A program made the position numbers and the translations under genes. This document shows, piece after piece, positions 46,928-57,127 of a stretch of 64,000 nucleotides of DNA; positions within the stretch are counted from its first letter, which is position 1, and the number at the start of each line of letters is the position of its first letter. The stretch is taken from contig CBDAOY010000008.1 of the NCBI GenBank assembly GCA_965198225.1, positions 704,001-768,000 on the forward strand. Direction: 5' to 3'. The notes beneath the pieces are model-generated. The model was not told the origin of the DNA. It was given only the letters and a program-made list of their open reading frames with translations, and did not search any database. The DNA is from Terriglobia bacterium (GTDB taxonomy: Bacteria; Acidobacteriota; Terriglobia; 20CM-2-55-15).

Positions 46928-48958
46928 CTACCGCTGGTCTCCTCCCCCCATCAGGTAGTCCCAGTGCTCCCGGGCCCGGCCGAGGATCCGCGGAAGGTCT
47001 TCCCCGAGAAGGTACCCGTCGTCGATCAGTTCGATCGCAGCCTCGGACACCAGGCCCAGGTAGTGCTCCCGGCTCTGGTAGCGTTCCTGGATCGAAGACC
47101 TCGGGTCGTCTTTCTGCATGCGCTCGGTCCGCGTGAGAGGGAGCGGTATGTAGGACCCCTGCATCCCTGACAACACGTTCTCCGGTCCGGATTCCGGACG
47201 GAACAGGTTCCAGCCGGTGTAGGTCGCAAGCGGTACTGCTACCTCCGGCATTTTGAGGCCGCCGACCTCGTTGCCGTCCGCATCGACCTGGGGAACCATC
47301 ACCGGAAAGCTGGACAGGACTGCCGGGGGTTCGATCGTCACGATTCCCTTCGTACGAAACTCCGGACCGTAGTCCGCGCGATAGGCGCCGTGGGGAGCGG
47401 CGGGCTGACCCACGCCCGGGAGTTCGGGGAAATCCACGTCCGCGGGAAGGACCAGTTCGTCACCGGCGATGCGCGGATAGCTGCTCGCCGGTGGAGGTAG
47501 TCCGTCCCGCGTCCAGTTGTCCATCGCCAGGAGCAGGCTCCGCATGAACCAGGAGTAGTCGTTCGGATTGCTCAACTGCTGCCCGCTGGTTTGTACCGGA
47601 GGGAATCGTCCGGGCCCGTGCTGGCCGCCGGCGAACGAGTAGATGCGGACGTTCTCCATCAACGGTATGTCTTCCAGACCGTCGATGGTCGTATGAATCA
47701 ACGATGCCGCCCGGCCCCAGTACTCGTAGGACGAGTTCGTGTAGAAGACCTTCGGCAGGAACTGCGGTTCGACGCGTGACAGGAGACCGTCCCGGATGCC
47801 CGTCTCCGCGTCGTTCTGCTCGACGTCCGTGAACGGGAAGATGTCGCTCGGGTAGAGCTTGTTCAGGAAAGGATGCCCGTCGCGGGACGGCTGCGCGAAC
47901 CGATGGTTGAAGCTTCCTCGGCCGCCCCCGGCCACGTGGGCGATGACGCCGTCAAAGGCCTTCCGGTGCCCCTCGTCCTCGTTGAACCCATAGTAGAGAA
48001 ACGTCCGTAGAAACCGGCCGCTCTGGGAGATGCCAAAGGCCAGGGCCCTGTCGATCGCGCCCTCGGGCAGCGAGAGTTCTTCGGAGGAGCCGTACTTCAG
48101 GCGCGAGACCGCATCCCGGATGGCAGCAGAACCCAGGCCGACGAGCGGCGGATCCTGCGACGTGTAGACGACGTCGTAGAGCTTGTGGGGTTCGAATCCG
48201 CCTGCCAGATAGACGCGCCCCCGATCCGGAACGACCTGTCCGTCCTCCAACCTCGCGAACTGCCACTGATCGCGGGGGACGACGCGGCGCTGGCCATCGA
48301 CCGAGTCCCGGACCGTCATCACGTTGGTGGAAGCATCCGGGTTCGCGACCAGGTAGGGGATGTGGTTGCGGTCGGCCAGGGACGCGTCGAACACCTTCCG
48401 GTTCACCACGACCTCACTCCGGACCAGGCCCTCGAGGGCCTCCCCGTCGTCGGTGGCGATCGGGGGATAGACACGAACCAGCCCATCCCGGAGGGGAGGA
48501 TCGAACTGCCAGCCCAGCCACAGCAGGGTGAACCCGTTCCGCATCAGGAAGCCGTCGCCCATATGCGCTTCGGTCTCCGGATCGATGCTTCCCTGGCCGC
48601 GGTTGAAGTATCGCAACATACCCTTGCCGCCCCGGTTCGACACTTCATAGAGGACCGTGCCGTTTCCCCTGGCGGCATCTTTCGGTTTGATGAGAAAGAA
48701 GTCGGAGTGAAATTCGACCCGGCCGCGTGTGTTTCGGGGCGCCAGGTCGATGTCGGCGATGATTCGGTTGGCCGAGTTGGCTGGATCGACCTCGAAGTAG
48801 ATCGTGCCCACCAGCTTCTCGTACGCGCCGGCCAGGCCATAGGCCTTCCCGACGGCCAGGTCCTCGCGCGAATGCACCTCGATACGAACGACTTCGGCCG
48901 ACGCGGTCGAAACGGCCAAGAAAACCACCGCTAGAAGTATGGGTAGGGAGCGACGCAT
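46928..48958 (-). CDS. exported alpha/beta-hydrolase domain protein
   Basis: Signal peptide, YEV.NRG, GISQSGRFLR, FNHRFAQP, EYWGRAASL, PQVDADGNE. Confidence 0.85.
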   Translation of the reverse strand: MRRSLPILLAVVFLAVSTASAEVVRIEVHSREDLAVGKAYGLAGAYEKLVGTIYFEVDPANSANRIIADIDLAPRNTRGRVEFHSDFFLIKPKDAARGNGTVLYEVSNRGGKGMLRYFNRGQGSIDPETEAHMGDGFLMRNGFTLLWLGWQFDPPLRDGLVRVYPPIATDDGEALEGLVRSEVVVNRKVFDASLADRNHIPYLVANPDASTNVMTVRDSVDGQRRVVPRDQWQFARLEDGQVVPDRGRVYLAGGFEPHKLYDVVYTSQDPPLVGLGSAAIRDAVSRLKYGSSEELSLPEGAIDRALAFGISQSGRFLRTFLYYGFNEDEGHRKAFDGVIAHVAGGGRGSFNHRFAQPSRDGHPFLNKLYPSDIFPFTDVEQNDAETGIRDGLLSRVEPQFLPKVFYTNSSYEYWGRAASLIHTTIDGLEDIPLMENVRIYSFAGGQHGPGRFPPVQTSGQQLSNPNDYSWFMRSLLLAMDNWTRDGLPPPASSYPRIAGDELVLPADVDFPELPGVGQPAAPHGAYRADYGPEFRTKGIVTIEPPAVLSSFPVMVPQVDADGNEVGGLKMPEVAVPLATYTGWNLFRPESGPENVLSGMQGSYIPLPLTRTERMQKDDPRSSIQERYQSREHYLGLVSEAAIELIDDGYLLGEDLPRILGRAREHWDYLMGGGDQR

Positions 48959-49165
48959 GATTCCTCCTGTGGGTCTGGGAGTGTCGTTGCAAACGTAATT
49001 GTAAGGGGCTTAGGTGTCAATCAGTTTTGGGGGAGAGAAGAAGTGACGAGTGAAGAGTGACAAGTGACGAGTCGGAGGCGCACTCCTTTAACTGACTACT
49101 GACTACTGACTACCCACATGCTGTATCATTCCAGAATCCTGATTCCTTCCGAGAGGCACAACATC

Positions 49166-50122
49166 ATGAAGAAACCTATCGTCACAGTCGTGCTGGTTTT
49201 ATCGCTATTCGCCGGCAGCGGGCTCGCTCAGACAGACAGCCATGTTTTCGTGTTGAACAAGCAGTCCGACACGTTGTCGATCATCGATGCCGCTTCCCTG
49301 GAGGTGAGTGCGACCATCGAGGTCGGGCAGCAGCCTCACGAACTGGCTATCGTTCCGGGCGGTGGCAAGGCATACGTTTCGAACGTGGGGGAGAACTCCA
49401 TCTCGGTCGTCGACCTGAACAGCCGTTCCGAGACTAAGAAGATCACGACGCCGGATTTCTCGTTCCCACATGGGATTGCGTTCACACCCGACTCGAGGAT
49501 CGCGGTGGTGACGAGCGAGCGCGCCCAGAAGATCGTCATCATCGACGCTCAGGCGGATGAGATCCTGCGCTCGATCGACACGCCGGAGGCCGGAACCCAC
49601 ATGGTCGTGCTCGATTCGACCGGTCGCTGGGCTTATTTTTCGAACCGCGACTCGAACACGGTTTCGATCATGGATCTCGAGGACTACAGCCTGGTCGCCT
49701 CGATCCCGGCGGGCGACGGAGCCGAGGGTATTGCGCTCTCGCCCGACGGCAAGCAGGTCTGGACCGGCGACCGCCGCGGCAATAGCGTGACCGTCATAGA
49801 CACCGAGAGCCGCCGCGTGATCGAGCGGTTGCCGGGCGGCGAAGCGCCGATTCGGGCCGCCTTCAGTCCGGATGGTTCCCGTGTCTATGTTCCCAATTCG
49901 TCTTCGGCCGACGTTTGGGTGTACGACAGCCAGTCGCGTGAGCATCTAAAGACGATCGAGGTTGGAGGCAGTCCCGGCGGTGTAGTGTTTTCCGACGACG
50001 GATCGAAGGCCTACGTGGCGTGCGGCGGGGAAGGCGCGGTCTACGTGATCGATACCGCGAGCCTGGAAGTCACCGGCAAGGTCGGCGTCGGCCGGGGTCC
50101 GGACGGGATCACTTATCGGTAA
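49166..50122 (+). CDS. YVTN/YncE-type beta-propeller protein
   Basis: Repeated VG..P..IA..PDG..AYV.N...N.VSVID. Confidence 0.9.
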   Translation: MKKPIVTVVLVLSLFAGSGLAQTDSHVFVLNKQSDTLSIIDAASLEVSATIEVGQQPHELAIVPGGGKAYVSNVGENSISVVDLNSRSETKKITTPDFSFPHGIAFTPDSRIAVVTSERAQKIVIIDAQADEILRSIDTPEAGTHMVVLDSTGRWAYFSNRDSNTVSIMDLEDYSLVASIPAGDGAEGIALSPDGKQVWTGDRRGNSVTVIDTESRRVIERLPGGEAPIRAAFSPDGSRVYVPNSSSADVWVYDSQSREHLKTIEVGGSPGGVVFSDDGSKAYVACGGEGAVYVIDTASLEVTGKVGVGRGPDGITYR

Positions 50123-50161
50123 GGCGGCGGGCAGATGCTGGTGCCCGCAAGGAGGCGTTCG

Positions 50162-52210
50162 ATGAAAGCCATAGGACCCATTTCGGTAACTCTCGCCGTC
50201 GTGCTGGTTTTCGTGCCGGGGGCAGGAGCACAAGCTCCGACGGTGGACGACCTGCTCGGTATCGAGACGGTTTCTACGGCCCGGATCTCTCCCGACGGGA
50301 AGACGGTTGCGTTCGTAGTGACGCGGGCGGACTTTGACGAGAACGCCAACATCGGGCAAATCTGGCTGGCCGACGTGGGTTCCGCGGAGTCCTTCCAGTT
50401 GACCCGGGGCAACCGGTCCTCCTCGAACCCGCAGTGGTCACCCGACGGCCAGTGGCTGACGTTTACGAGCAGCCGCGCTGAAGGGAAGAATCAGATCTTT
50501 GCGATCCGGCCGGGGGGAGGCGAGGCGTTCCCGCTGACCGACTCTGAAACGGGAGTTGGCGCCTTCGAGTGGTCCAGGGACGGAAAGAGGATCGCCTTCG
50601 TCGCGTCTCCGGAATCGGAAGCGAGGAAGAATCGCGACGAGATGTACGGTGCCTTTACCGTGGTCCGGCGGGATTACACGTTCCGTCACGTCTTTACGAT
50701 CGACGTCGGGGACGCGCTGCGGAGTCCAGCGAAACCGACACAGCGGACCAGCGGCCGGGACTTCAACGTCGGCAACTTCTCCTGGTCACCCGACGGGACA
50801 CGGATCGCATTCAGCGGCACCGTCAACCCGGATCTAACCCAGCGGCACACCTCCGACATCTATGTCCTCGAACTGAACGACGACTCCGTACGGAAGATCG
50901 TCTCGACGCCGGGTTCGGACAGAGCTCCGCAGTGGTCACCCGACGGGACGCGGATTGTTTTCACCAGCATCATGGGGAGGACCGACGAATACCCGGTGAA
51001 CTCACGGCTCGCGCTCGTACCGGCGGACGGCAGCGCCGTCCCCCGCTCGATCACCGATGCGTTCGACGAGAACGTCCGCTTCGTCGACTGGAATTCCCAT
51101 GGCTTGTTTTTTTCCGCCTCGCAGAAGACGGCAACCCATTTATTCCGGGTCGATCCCGGGGACGGGCGCGTGGAGCGTGTGTCCGGACCGGACGCGTTCA
51201 TGGGCGGATCGTTTTCGTTCTCCGAAGACGGTACCGAACTGGGTTTGACGGTTCGTTCTCCAACGACGCTCAACGAGGTTGGCGTGACTGGACTCGAAAC
51301 GTTCGCGCCGAGAACACTGACGCGGATGACCGAGCAGACCAGCGGTTTGATGCTCGGCACCCGCGAGGTGATCTCGTGGACGAGTCGCGACGGGGCGACG
51401 ATCGAAGGTGTGTTGATCAAGCCCGCGGATTTCAATCCGTCGAACAAGTATGCCCTGCTGACCGTAATTCATGGCGGTCCGACGGGGATCGATCGTCCGG
51501 CCCTGCTCGCCGGAGACACCCGCTACTACCCGTCCGACATCTGGGCGGCTCGCGGGGCGCTCATCCTGAAGGTGAATTACAGGGGCAGCGCGGGTTACGG
51601 GGAGCAGTTCCGACAGTTGAACGTCCGGAACCTGGGTGTCGGTGATGCCTGGGACGTGTTGTCGGGAGTCGACCATCTGATCGATCAGGGTTGGGTCGAT
51701 CCCGACCGGGTCGGGTGCATGGGATGGAGCCAGGGGGGCTACATCTCCGCTTTCCTGACGGCCTCTTCGGACCGTTTCGCGGCGATTTCGGTCGGAGCCG
51801 GGATTTCGAACTGGGCAACCTACTACTACAACACCGACATCACGCAGTTCACTATCAACTACCTCGGAGACGACCCGGTGGACGATCCGGACATTTACGA
51901 GAAGACCTCCCCGATGGCCTACATCAAAAACGCCCAGACACCGACGCTGATCCAGCACGGAGAGCTGGATCGGAGAGTGCCGATCCCGAACGGGTACGAA
52001 TTGCGTCAGGGTCTGGAGGATCGTGGCGTTCCCGTGGAGATGGTCGTCTACAGAGGGTTCGGCCACGGCATCAACAAGCCGCGATCGACCCGTGCGGTGA
52101 TGGAACACAACCTGGCCTGGTTCAACCACTTCATATTCGGGGACCCCATGGTCGACCTGACCACCCTGGGAGCCGACGAGTCGAAGGAAAAGACCGATCA
52201 GAGGCAATAG
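50162..52210 (+). CDS. S9 family peptidase
   Basis: WSPDG propeller repeats, HGGP, NYRGS.GYG, GWSQGG, HGE.D.RVP, GHG. Confidence 0.94.
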   Translation: MKAIGPISVTLAVVLVFVPGAGAQAPTVDDLLGIETVSTARISPDGKTVAFVVTRADFDENANIGQIWLADVGSAESFQLTRGNRSSSNPQWSPDGQWLTFTSSRAEGKNQIFAIRPGGGEAFPLTDSETGVGAFEWSRDGKRIAFVASPESEARKNRDEMYGAFTVVRRDYTFRHVFTIDVGDALRSPAKPTQRTSGRDFNVGNFSWSPDGTRIAFSGTVNPDLTQRHTSDIYVLELNDDSVRKIVSTPGSDRAPQWSPDGTRIVFTSIMGRTDEYPVNSRLALVPADGSAVPRSITDAFDENVRFVDWNSHGLFFSASQKTATHLFRVDPGDGRVERVSGPDAFMGGSFSFSEDGTELGLTVRSPTTLNEVGVTGLETFAPRTLTRMTEQTSGLMLGTREVISWTSRDGATIEGVLIKPADFNPSNKYALLTVIHGGPTGIDRPALLAGDTRYYPSDIWAARGALILKVNYRGSAGYGEQFRQLNVRNLGVGDAWDVLSGVDHLIDQGWVDPDRVGCMGWSQGGYISAFLTASSDRFAAISVGAGISNWATYYYNTDITQFTINYLGDDPVDDPDIYEKTSPMAYIKNAQTPTLIQHGELDRRVPIPNGYELRQGLEDRGVPVEMVVYRGFGHGINKPRSTRAVMEHNLAWFNHFIFGDPMVDLTTLGADESKEKTDQRQ

Positions 52211-52213
52211 CCC

Positions 52214-52813
52214 TCAGGTCAGGGATCGAGTGAACAGGTCGCCGAAATCTTCGGCGATCTGTTCGGCCGTCATCTTCCCCCGGGGCGAGTACCACTGGAC
52301 GATCCAGTTCAACGCGCCCAGAATCGCCCACACAGTCGTCTTGACGTCGGAGGCCCTGAAGACTCCCTCCTTCATACCTGCCTCCACCACCTGGCGGTAG
52401 GCTTTCTCGTACCGATCCCGCTTCCGGACGATTTCCTTGAGTTGATCCTTTGGAAGCGACCGAAAGTCCGTGTGGGCTGTCGAGCCCGGCAGCTCCTCGA
52501 GCACCGTCCGGACGTGAAGCGCGATCAACCCTTTCAGTTTGGCGTCGGCCGTCTGATCCGATTCCACGACTTCGTCCGCCTGCTCGGTGAGACGTTCCAG
52601 GGAGTATTCCTGGCAGAAATAGAGGAGGTCCTGCTTGGAAGAGAAGTAGTAGTAGAGGTTGCCCTTGGCCATCTGCGCTTTTTCGGCAATCTCTGCCATC
52701 GTAGCTCCGGTGAATCCGTTGCGAGTGAAAGCGGCCGACGCAGAGCGGAGGATCTCCAGCCTGCGTTCGGTGAAGCGCCGATTACGCTTGACGGGTTTTT
52801 GTTTGTCGGCCAA
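52214..52813 (-). CDS. TetR family regulator (PaaR/KstR2-like)
   Basis: GF..ATM.EIA.....KGNLYYYFSSKQDL; C-terminal GALNWIVQWYSP.G. Confidence 0.9.
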   Translation of the reverse strand: MADKQKPVKRNRRFTERRLEILRSASAAFTRNGFTGATMAEIAEKAQMAKGNLYYYFSSKQDLLYFCQEYSLERLTEQADEVVESDQTADAKLKGLIALHVRTVLEELPGSTAHTDFRSLPKDQLKEIVRKRDRYEKAYRQVVEAGMKEGVFRASDVKTTVWAILGALNWIVQWYSPRGKMTAEQIAEDFGDLFTRSLT

Positions 52814-53708
52814 TCGGGCCTCCTCGGTGGATCTTTCGTCGCTTGCCCTTCGGCTCAGGGTCTTCCGGACGTGCCGCGCGGACCGATGCCGTGATCAATC
52901 CGACGGCGTCCCGGATCGGGGTCGAGCTCGTGTCGATCGTCTGTGTGGCCTCCGAGTAGAGAGGCGACCGAATCGACAAGATCGAGCGCAGTTCGGTCAT
53001 CGCGGATCGTCGGTTGGCCATCGGACGGGTGTCACCCTGGCCAAGCACGCGTTCCCAGTGGTCCTCCGGTGAGGCCTTCAGCCACACGGTATGCGTGCGG
53101 CGCTTCAACAGGGACCAGGTTTCCGGGTCGGTCACGATCGATCCACCGGTTGCGATCACCATCTGTTCGTTACGGGACAGAAGGCGCAGCATCAGGTCGT
53201 GGGCAAGGCGCTTATAGTAACTCTCGCCATGGAGAGAGAACAGCTCCGACAGTGAGAGGTTGGATTCCTCCTCGATCATGGCGTCCAATTCCACGAAAGA
53301 GATTTTCAGACGTCCTGCAAGGTTGGGTCCGATCGTCGATTTGCCCGCTCCGCGCAGACCCACCAGCGAGATCGACGGCCGTCTGTCTTCCTGAAGGCGT
53401 GTTCCGAGCCAGGCTGACAGCTCCTCCAGATCCTCGTCGGAGCATCGATCAACGAGAGCGATGACCCGCTCGAGCGAACTCCCGCTGCCCGTGTCCGGCG
53501 GCAGCAGCTTGACGAGCGGAACGCCCAGGGCCCGGGCAACGTCGGCCAGGCGGGCGACGGAGATGTTGCCCCTGCCGGCCTCCAGATCCGAAAGAAAGCG
53601 AGACGAGACGCCGGATCTCTCGGCAACTTCCTTGATTGTCCAGCCGGTTGTGTTCCGCAAAGTCCGGACGCGTTGTCCGACCTCAAGCAAAAGAGTGTCC
53701 TGATCCAT
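52782..53708 (-). CDS. boxR: BzdR/BoxR-type regulator (XRE HTH + shikimate-kinase-like acyl-CoA sensor)
   Basis: VAERSGVSSRFLSDLEAGRGNISV; ISLVGLRGAGKST, ATGGSIV, WLKA.PE.H..RV..QGD.RPMA. Confidence 0.9.
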   Translation of the reverse strand: MDQDTLLLEVGQRVRTLRNTTGWTIKEVAERSGVSSRFLSDLEAGRGNISVARLADVARALGVPLVKLLPPDTGSGSSLERVIALVDRCSDEDLEELSAWLGTRLQEDRRPSISLVGLRGAGKSTIGPNLAGRLKISFVELDAMIEEESNLSLSELFSLHGESYYKRLAHDLMLRLLSRNEQMVIATGGSIVTDPETWSLLKRRTHTVWLKASPEDHWERVLGQGDTRPMANRRSAMTELRSILSIRSPLYSEATQTIDTSSTPIRDAVGLITASVRAARPEDPEPKGKRRKIHRGGPIGRQTKTRQA

Positions 53709-53728
53709 GTCAGCCTATATACGCAATA

Positions 53729-53776
53729 TGCAGTATAGTGCGTATTGACTTCAAGCATAATGTGCAATATAGTACA
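53729..53776 (+). promoter_or_regulatory. catabolic operon promoter with two BzdR/BoxR-type operator boxes
   Basis: TTGACT(53745)-N17-TATAGT; TGCA-N6-TGCG at 53729 and TGCA-N6-TACA at 53763. Confidence 0.75.
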
Positions 53777-53849
53777 AACTTCGCTCTCAGCACTTTTCTG
53801 TATCTATACCCTCACACAAGATCAAGTTTGGGGCTTTAGGGAGGACCGA

Positions 53850-55286
53850 ATGGCCAAGATGTTTATCGGTGGGGAGTCGGTGGATGCCGCTTCCGGAGAC
53901 ACGTACGACGTCATTAACCCTGCAACCGGCGAGGTCGTCGACACGGTCGCCAAAGGCAACGAGGAAGACACGAGGCGTGCAATCGACAGCGCCACGGAGG
54001 CGTTTGCAGAATGGGCAGACACCGCCGCCGAATCCCGTGCCCATCTGATACAGAAGGGGATCGAACTCGTCAAGGCCGAGATCGACGACCTGTCAGTCAC
54101 TCTGACCAAAGAGCAGGGTAAACCCGTCAGCGAGTCGAAGCGCGAGATCGAGCACTTCCTCCACGGGATGTCGTTTTACGCGGGTCTCGCTTCGAAGGTA
54201 CGCGGCTCCTACGTCCCTCTCCCCAACAACAGCATGTACGGCATGGTTTTGAAGCAACCCGTGGGCGTATGCGGGGCAATCGTTCCCTGGAACTTCCCGA
54301 CGACGTTGATGGGAACCAAGATCGGCCCGGCCATGGCGGCCGGATGCACCTCGATCGTCAAGCCCGCATCGACGACCCCGCTGACGACGGTTCGGATCGT
54401 CGAGCTGTTCAACCAGGCCGGGCTCTCGAAAGGGGTGCTGAACGTGGTGACGGGTCCAGGCAGCGTGGTCGGCGAAGAACTGCTTCAGAATTCGAAAGTC
54501 AGGCGGATCGCATTCACCGGAGAGAGCGGAACCGGCAAGCACATCATGGAGGTTGCCGGCGGCAACATGAAGCGCGTGACGCTGGAGTTGGGCGGCAGCG
54601 ATCCCATGATCGTCTGCGAGGACGCGTTCATGAAAGGTGCGCTGACCGGCGCTGCTGTTGGCCGTTTCTACAACTGTGGTCAGGCCTGCCTGGCAGTCAA
54701 GCGGCTGTTCGTATTCGAGAATGTTTATGACGAGTTCGTCGAAGGGCTGGTCGGCAAGGCCGGGCGACTGGTGCCCGGCAACGGAATGAACGAAAAGGTC
54801 CGGATGGGACCGATGCACACGGCGGCCCAGAGAGAGGAAGTCGAGTCCCAGATCAAGGATGCCGTCGATCGCGGCGGGAAGGTCCTGGTCGGCGGCACCC
54901 GGCCCGAAGGCGAGGAATACGACAAGGGCAACTACCTGACTCCGGCCATCATCGTTGACGCGCCGCTGGATTCCCGTATCGCGACCGAAGAAGTGTTCGG
55001 GCCCGCCCTGCCGGTCTTCAAGGTCGGCGACCTGGATGAGGCGATCGAGAAAGCCAACAGCTCGGTGTTCGGCCTGGGTGCTTCGATCTGGACGAGCGAC
55101 CTGACCCGGGCGCGAAGGGCGGCGGAGCGGTTGGAGGCAGGAAACGTCTGGGTCAATTCGCTACATATCGGCTACGACGAAATGCCGTTCGGCGGGGTGA
55201 AGGACAGCGGAATAGGCCGCGAACACGGTCCCGAAGCCCTGGAGCATTACCTGGAACCCAAAGGGGTGGTGGTCGCGACCTTGTAG
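53850..55286 (+). CDS. aldehyde dehydrogenase (paralogue 1)
   Basis: PWNFP, FTGE, LELGGSDP, NCGQAC, EEVFGP, PFGGVK.SG.GRE. Confidence 0.93.
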   Translation: MAKMFIGGESVDAASGDTYDVINPATGEVVDTVAKGNEEDTRRAIDSATEAFAEWADTAAESRAHLIQKGIELVKAEIDDLSVTLTKEQGKPVSESKREIEHFLHGMSFYAGLASKVRGSYVPLPNNSMYGMVLKQPVGVCGAIVPWNFPTTLMGTKIGPAMAAGCTSIVKPASTTPLTTVRIVELFNQAGLSKGVLNVVTGPGSVVGEELLQNSKVRRIAFTGESGTGKHIMEVAGGNMKRVTLELGGSDPMIVCEDAFMKGALTGAAVGRFYNCGQACLAVKRLFVFENVYDEFVEGLVGKAGRLVPGNGMNEKVRMGPMHTAAQREEVESQIKDAVDRGGKVLVGGTRPEGEEYDKGNYLTPAIIVDAPLDSRIATEEVFGPALPVFKVGDLDEAIEKANSSVFGLGASIWTSDLTRARRAAERLEAGNVWVNSLHIGYDEMPFGGVKDSGIGREHGPEALEHYLEPKGVVVATL

Positions 55287-55294
55287 CGGGTCGG

Positions 55295-55546
55295 GTGTAG
55301 GTGCGCTCTATGAGCGCACATCGTCTCGGTTTGAAGAGTGTGCGGTCACAGACCGCACCTACACCGGGCCATAGGTCGTTCCTGCTTGGATACCTTTTGG
55401 GAAAACGGTCCGTGAGGGAGCCACTGTGAGGGGGACAGGGGTATAGCCCTGTCCCCGGGTTTTGAGGCAAGCAGACAACGTTCCCGAACGACGGAGCGCG
55501 CATGGTCTCGGTTCGAAGAGTGTGCGGTCATAGACCGCACCTACAC
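55295..55546. repeat. compound REP cluster between the two ALDH genes
   Basis: GTAG-type REPIN 55295-55364, GGGGACAGGG repeat 55418-55459, second REPIN half 55494-55546. Confidence 0.85.
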
Positions 55547-55616
55547 CGGCGCAAGGTTGCTCCTGCATAGATGCGAAAGACGGGAACACGTAGAGTCGAA
55601 AAAGAAGGCAGGCTCA

Positions 55617-57065
55617 ATGCCGACAAAGATGATGGTCGCGGGCGAGTGGCGGAACTCGGCGGGCGGCAAAGAAAAAGAGATCCGGAACCCGGCCACAGGA
55701 GAGGTCGTCGACACGGTCGTCGAGGCGACGGAGTCGGATATCGCGGCGGCAATCGACTCCGCGGAGTCCGCTTTCCGGGATTGGGCCGCCACCCCCCCGC
55801 CGCGACGAGCCGAGATCGTGGACAGGGGAGCCCGCCTTGTCAAGGAGCGCGAGAAGGACTTAGCTCGCCTGCTGACTCAGGAGCAGGGCAAGCCGCTCCG
55901 GGAGGCGATGCTGGAGATTCGCCGCTTCGTTCACACGCTCAATCACTACACCGGTATGGCCAAAAGCATCCGGGGCGGCTACGTTCCCCTGCTCAACGAG
56001 CGCAGCTACGGGATGATCATCAAGAAACCGATCGGTATCGTGGGCTCGATCGTTCCATGGAATTTTCCGGTTGCGCTGATGGGGAACAAGATCGGGCCCG
56101 CCCTGATCGCGGGTGACACGATTGTCGTCAAGCCGGCCGGCACGACGCCCCTGACGGCGACGGCCTGCGTCGGTGTGCTCAACGAGGCTGGACTTCCACC
56201 GGGAGTCCTGAACATCGTGCCTGGACCCGGTGGGGTAGTCGGGGAAGCGCTGCTGAAGGACCCTAGAGTGCGCAAGATTGGATTTACGGGTGCGACGGAA
56301 ACAGGGCGACATGTCATGGAAGTGGCCGCCGAAACCGTGAAGCGAGTGACGCTTGAGCTGGGGGGGAGCGACCCGATGATCGTCTGCGACGACGCGAATA
56401 TCGATGCCGCGGTCAGCGCGGCTTCGGTCGGGCGCTTCTTCAATTGCGGTCAGGCGTGTCTTGCCATCAAGCGGCTGTACCTGTTCGACGAGATCTATGA
56501 CGAGTTCGTCGAGAAACTCGTCGCCAAAGTTGGGAAATTGCGTATCGGCAATGGACTCGAACAGGGTGTTCTGGTCGGACCGCTGCACAGCGCCGCTCAG
56601 CGTGAAGAGGTCGAAGAGCAGGTGCGGGATGCCGTGGAGGGTGGAGCCACCGTACTCGCCGGCGGGAAACGCCCTGAGGGAGACGGCCTGGACAAGGGAC
56701 ACTTCTACATGCCGACCCTTCTGGCGGACGTCGATGAGCAGTCGAAGGTCGTCCAGGAAGAGGTATTCGGCCCCGCCCTTCCGATCATGCGGGTCTCGGA
56801 GATGGACGAAGCGATCGAGCGTGCCAATTCATCGATATTCGGCCTGGGCTCTTCGGTGTGGACGCGCAACATCGACCGTGCCAACGAAGGGGCCGAACGG
56901 CTGGAGTCGGGTTACACGTGGGTGAATTCCCCGCAGATCATATTCGATGAGCTGCCCTTCGGGGGCGCCAAACAAAGTGGCCTCGGTAAGGAGCACGGGT
57001 CGGAGGCGTTCGACTACTACATGGAAACCAAGTCGGTTGTGATCGCGAAGAACACGACAGGCTGA
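55617..57065 (+). CDS. aldehyde dehydrogenase (paralogue 2)
   Basis: PWNFP, FTGA, LELGGSDP, NCGQAC, EEVFGP. Confidence 0.93.
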   Translation: MPTKMMVAGEWRNSAGGKEKEIRNPATGEVVDTVVEATESDIAAAIDSAESAFRDWAATPPPRRAEIVDRGARLVKEREKDLARLLTQEQGKPLREAMLEIRRFVHTLNHYTGMAKSIRGGYVPLLNERSYGMIIKKPIGIVGSIVPWNFPVALMGNKIGPALIAGDTIVVKPAGTTPLTATACVGVLNEAGLPPGVLNIVPGPGGVVGEALLKDPRVRKIGFTGATETGRHVMEVAAETVKRVTLELGGSDPMIVCDDANIDAAVSAASVGRFFNCGQACLAIKRLYLFDEIYDEFVEKLVAKVGKLRIGNGLEQGVLVGPLHSAAQREEVEEQVRDAVEGGATVLAGGKRPEGDGLDKGHFYMPTLLADVDEQSKVVQEEVFGPALPIMRVSEMDEAIERANSSIFGLGSSVWTRNIDRANEGAERLESGYTWVNSPQIIFDELPFGGAKQSGLGKEHGSEAFDYYMETKSVVIAKNTTG

Positions 57066-57127
57066 ATACTTCATTCGGACCAAAGCTATGGGATTCAGCG
57101 TCGCTGAAACCCGGGAGTGAAACGATT

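Noticed and set aside
52782-53708. Shikimate kinase aroK
   Set aside because: The N-terminal XRE HTH and the QGDxRPMA motif identify BzdR/BoxR
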